Assembly: GCA_028865035.1 (NCBI GenBank)
Contig: JAGWLB010000005.1
Span: forward strand, 1-58,241
Direction of reading: 5' to 3'
Length of the DNA stretch: 58,241 nt
Origin: Patescibacteria group bacterium
GTDB lineage: Bacteria; Patescibacteriota; Minisyncoccia; Phycocordibacterales; UBA9973
Each line of letters opens with the position of its first letter. The first letter of the stretch is position 1. Made by a program: the position numbers and the translations under genes. Positions 55,720 through 58,241 of this stretch are shown here, in pieces. The notes under the pieces were generated by a model. It was not told where the DNA came from and did no database searches. It saw only the letters and a list, made by a program, of their open reading frames with translations.

Positions 55720-56838
55720 TTAAGAATTATTTTTCAAGTATTTATCAATGTTTGCTAAATGTTCATCGTATGTTGCAGCACAGTGTGTGATATGATTTTT
55801 GTCGTGTAAGTAATATAAGCAATCTGTTTTTGTTGGATTAAGAACTGCTTCGATAGCTGGAATTCCTGGGTTGGAAATAGGATGTGGTGGTAATCCTGTA
55901 TGCATATAAGTATTATAAGGAGAATCGATTTTTTTATCTGCGATAGAAATAGGTGCCCACCAGCCATTACCTGTATTACCTCGAACATACTGAAGGGTAG
56001 CATCTACTTCTAGCTTCATATTCTGATGGAGACGGTTCCAAAGTATGCCTGCTATCAGAGGTGCATCGGCGTCGTTGGCAGATTCACGTTGTACTATCGA
56101 TGCGAGAGTTAGACCTGTAGTCCACTTTATATTTTGTGATGTAAATAGCGAAAGATATGGTGCAAATTTCTCGTTAAATTTTGAGATAAGTCGTGTTGCT
56201 ACAAGTGCAGGTGATTCATCTACTGGTATAAGATATGTGTCAGGCGAATAGACTCCTTCTATGTATTCTGGTTTTGTAGCTGTATCTGTTTTAATCCATT
56301 CGTCTTTTTGTTTTGCTGTCCAGCCTAAAGTATCTGCTAGAATTGTAGCGATCTCTTCTTTTCTAAGACCTTCAGGTATTACTATCCATTTCATATAAGC
56401 TTTGCCTCTCAAGACTTGCACGAGTTGACTAGGATTCATTTCTTTTGAAATCTTATAACCGCCAGGAAGAATAATGCTTTTACCATCTATTCCAGATATA
56501 AGTGAAATAAAAGAATTTTTATCATTAATATACCCTTGATCAAAAAGATTACTTGCTATATTCGCACTCGTATCTTTAAGTGAGACGATAAATCTATCTG
56601 TGCCTATAGGAAGGGGAACAGGCTTAGGCTTAGACACTGGGTTATTAGTTATCGTTTCTGTCGGTTTTTCTATATTTATGTCGACTTTATTTTCTGGTAG
56701 TGTGGTCGTTTGAGTGATAGGGATTGCAGTTTTGTTTATATTGGTTTTATGTTTGAAGTAATATAAAGTAGCACCTATAGCAATTATAACTACTATAGTG
56801 AGTAAAATTTTTAACTTTTTTGTTAATTGTGCATACAT
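55720..56838 (-). CDS. mltG: endolytic murein transglycosylase MltG (YceG-like)
   Basis: LASIVQRESAN, AGILWNRL, YNTYMHTGLPPHPISNPG. Confidence 0.88.
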   Translation of the reverse strand: MYAQLTKKLKILLTIVVIIAIGATLYYFKHKTNINKTAIPITQTTTLPENKVDINIEKPTETITNNPVSKPKPVPLPIGTDRFIVSLKDTSANIASNLFDQGYINDKNSFISLISGIDGKSIILPGGYKISKEMNPSQLVQVLRGKAYMKWIVIPEGLRKEEIATILADTLGWTAKQKDEWIKTDTATKPEYIEGVYSPDTYLIPVDESPALVATRLISKFNEKFAPYLSLFTSQNIKWTTGLTLASIVQRESANDADAPLIAGILWNRLHQNMKLEVDATLQYVRGNTGNGWWAPISIADKKIDSPYNTYMHTGLPPHPISNPGIPAIEAVLNPTKTDCLYYLHDKNHITHCAATYDEHLANIDKYLKNNS

Positions 56839-56906
56839 ATTTGTGCCTACCTAATTGTATCACAGGCCCTAAAAATCATTAATTTAGCAATAATCATATG
56901 ATGCTG

Positions 56907-56912
56907 TATAAT
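56907..56912 (+). promoter_or_regulatory. -10 box TATAAT, 7 nt upstream of the ATG at 56920
   Basis: Read directly. Confidence 0.45.
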
Positions 56913-56919
56913 ACTGTTA

Positions 56920-58241
56920 ATGAAACGTAATAAAATATTTTTAAGTATTGCAATGTTTGTTATCATTGCTTTTATTGTGTCTGTAGCCATTGCTAAAACA
57001 AAATCCAAAGATAATTCTGAACAAGAATTAACTCCAGCCACTCCAGTTCCTGTTACAGCAGCAGACATAGAAGGTACATCGCATGATACCACTGCTCTAG
57101 GAGGCTACAATGTTCTGATTGCTGATAGAGGTAATAATCGTATTATAGAAGTAACACCAGATAAAAAGATTGTTTGGGAATATAAATTTGATCTCCCAAA
57201 ACTTGGTTTAGGTGCAGACGATGCGTTTTTTACAGATGATGGCAAATCCATAATTGTAAACTTAGAAGAATATCACACTATAGAAGTTATAGATTATGCC
57301 ACTAAAAAAGTTACGTGGAGTTATGGTGTTGCTGGTAAACCAGGATCCAAAGATGGTATGCTCAATACTCCTGATGATGCCTACAAGCTTCCAAATGGTG
57401 ATATTACAGTAGCCGATATAAAGAATTGTCGTGTATTAGAAATTTCTCCTGATAAGAAAATTGTTCGACAATATGGTCAGGCTGGCAAATGTAAAAATAC
57501 AGAAGGCTACCTGAATAAACCGAATGGTGATACGCCACTTGCAAATGGTCATACTTTTATAAGTAATATTGTGGGTAGAACTCTCGTAGAGCTAGATCAA
57601 GCTTGGAAGCAAGTCTTTACTATGCCATTCCCAGTGAATTACCCTTCAGATCCACAACTCACTAAAGCAGGGAATATATTAATATCTGATTATAGTAATC
57701 CTGGACAGATTGTAGAAGTTAGTAGACAAGGTGATATTGTATGGAAGTTTAATGGTCAAAGTGGTGACGTAAAATTAAATCATCCATCACTTGCTGTGGA
57801 ACTTCCAAATGGAAACATTCTTTCCAATGACGATCTTAATCACCGCGTTATTGTTATAGATAAAAATACAAAGAAAATTATTTGGCAATATGGAGTGACT
57901 GGTAAACCAGGTTCTGGTCCAGATCAATTAAATATTCCTGATGGTATGGATATAATTATGCGTAATCCTGCTGATGAAACCCCCATACCTCCATCTTCTA
58001 TATCCTTTGATAATGTTTTAAAAATTGGGCAAGTAAGTAGACATACTGATAATTATGTGAATAAGTCCGTAACCTTAACTGGCTATGTTATAAGCAAAGA
58101 AAATGGCTATGCTATATTCTCTGATGAAAGTAATGGCTCAGTAGGTTATTATGATTTACCCGTAAGCGGTCCGGGGGTAGGTAACTTTGCTTTAAAACAG
58201 AAATACACTTTTCAGGGAGTTCTTAAATATAAAGGTTTAAC
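56920..58241 (+). CDS. membrane-anchored beta-propeller (NHL/arylsulfotransferase-like repeat) protein, 3' end outside window
   Basis: The frame is open from ATG 56920 to the window end. There is an N-terminal TM helix and repeated ...NRIIEV / CRVLEI / HRVIVID blades with LN.PD motifs. It is absent from the ORF track because no stop codon is reached. Confidence 0.6.
   Translation, partial: MKRNKIFLSIAMFVIIAFIVSVAIAKTKSKDNSEQELTPATPVPVTAADIEGTSHDTTALGGYNVLIADRGNNRIIEVTPDKKIVWEYKFDLPKLGLGADDAFFTDDGKSIIVNLEEYHTIEVIDYATKKVTWSYGVAGKPGSKDGMLNTPDDAYKLPNGDITVADIKNCRVLEISPDKKIVRQYGQAGKCKNTEGYLNKPNGDTPLANGHTFISNIVGRTLVELDQAWKQVFTMPFPVNYPSDPQLTKAGNILISDYSNPGQIVEVSRQGDIVWKFNGQSGDVKLNHPSLAVELPNGNILSNDDLNHRVIVIDKNTKKIIWQYGVTGKPGSGPDQLNIPDGMDIIMRNPADETPIPPSSISFDNVLKIGQVSRHTDNYVNKSVTLTGYVISKENGYAIFSDESNGSVGYYDLPVSGPGVGNFALKQKYTFQGVLKYKGL

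Noticed and set aside
56847-57092. 81-aa minus-strand ORF
   Set aside because: It is opposite the 5' end of the long beta-propeller gene, which has a TATAAT-N7-ATG start and a signal-anchor sequence.

Overview
AT-rich, gene-dense bacterial window with short intergenic spacers. TGA is used as a stop codon and an RF2 gene is present. The gene content looks Patescibacteria/CPR-like, which is an inference from content only. Backbone genes include recG, a soluble histidine kinase with a CheY-like receiver, malic enzyme, ribE-ribH, an ECF sigma/anti-sigma pair, ligA, gatC-gatA, prfB, ftsE-ftsX, pyrG, mltG and an aldo/keto reductase. A contiguous 11-kb type IV pilus/competence block covers pilM-N-O, pilB, a receiver, pilT, pilC, a major pilin, pilD and four minor pilins, with comFC divergent from it. 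Three further pilin paralogs lie elsewhere. Nine tRNA genes sit in four clusters. No rRNA gene, CRISPR array, transposase, integrase or phage gene was seen. The most unusual signal is non-coding. Short single-gene accessory cassettes lie directly 3' of tRNA-Ser (11.0-13.8 kb) and tRNA-Gln (43.2-48.3 kb), and they are punctuated by repeats that resemble tRNA 3' halves. A 145-nt G+C-rich tRNA-like element with an encoded CCA follows tRNA-Gln. tRNA 5'-fragment duplications lie next to two other tRNA clusters. An 18-bp G+C-rich perfect palindrome is inserted both in-frame in recG and in a tRNA pseudo-copy. Many genes start 6-7 nt downstream of a perfect TATAAT with no Shine-Dalgarno sequence, which suggests widespread leaderless mRNAs. 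All product calls rest on by-eye motif recognition in the supplied translations, and no database search was run.
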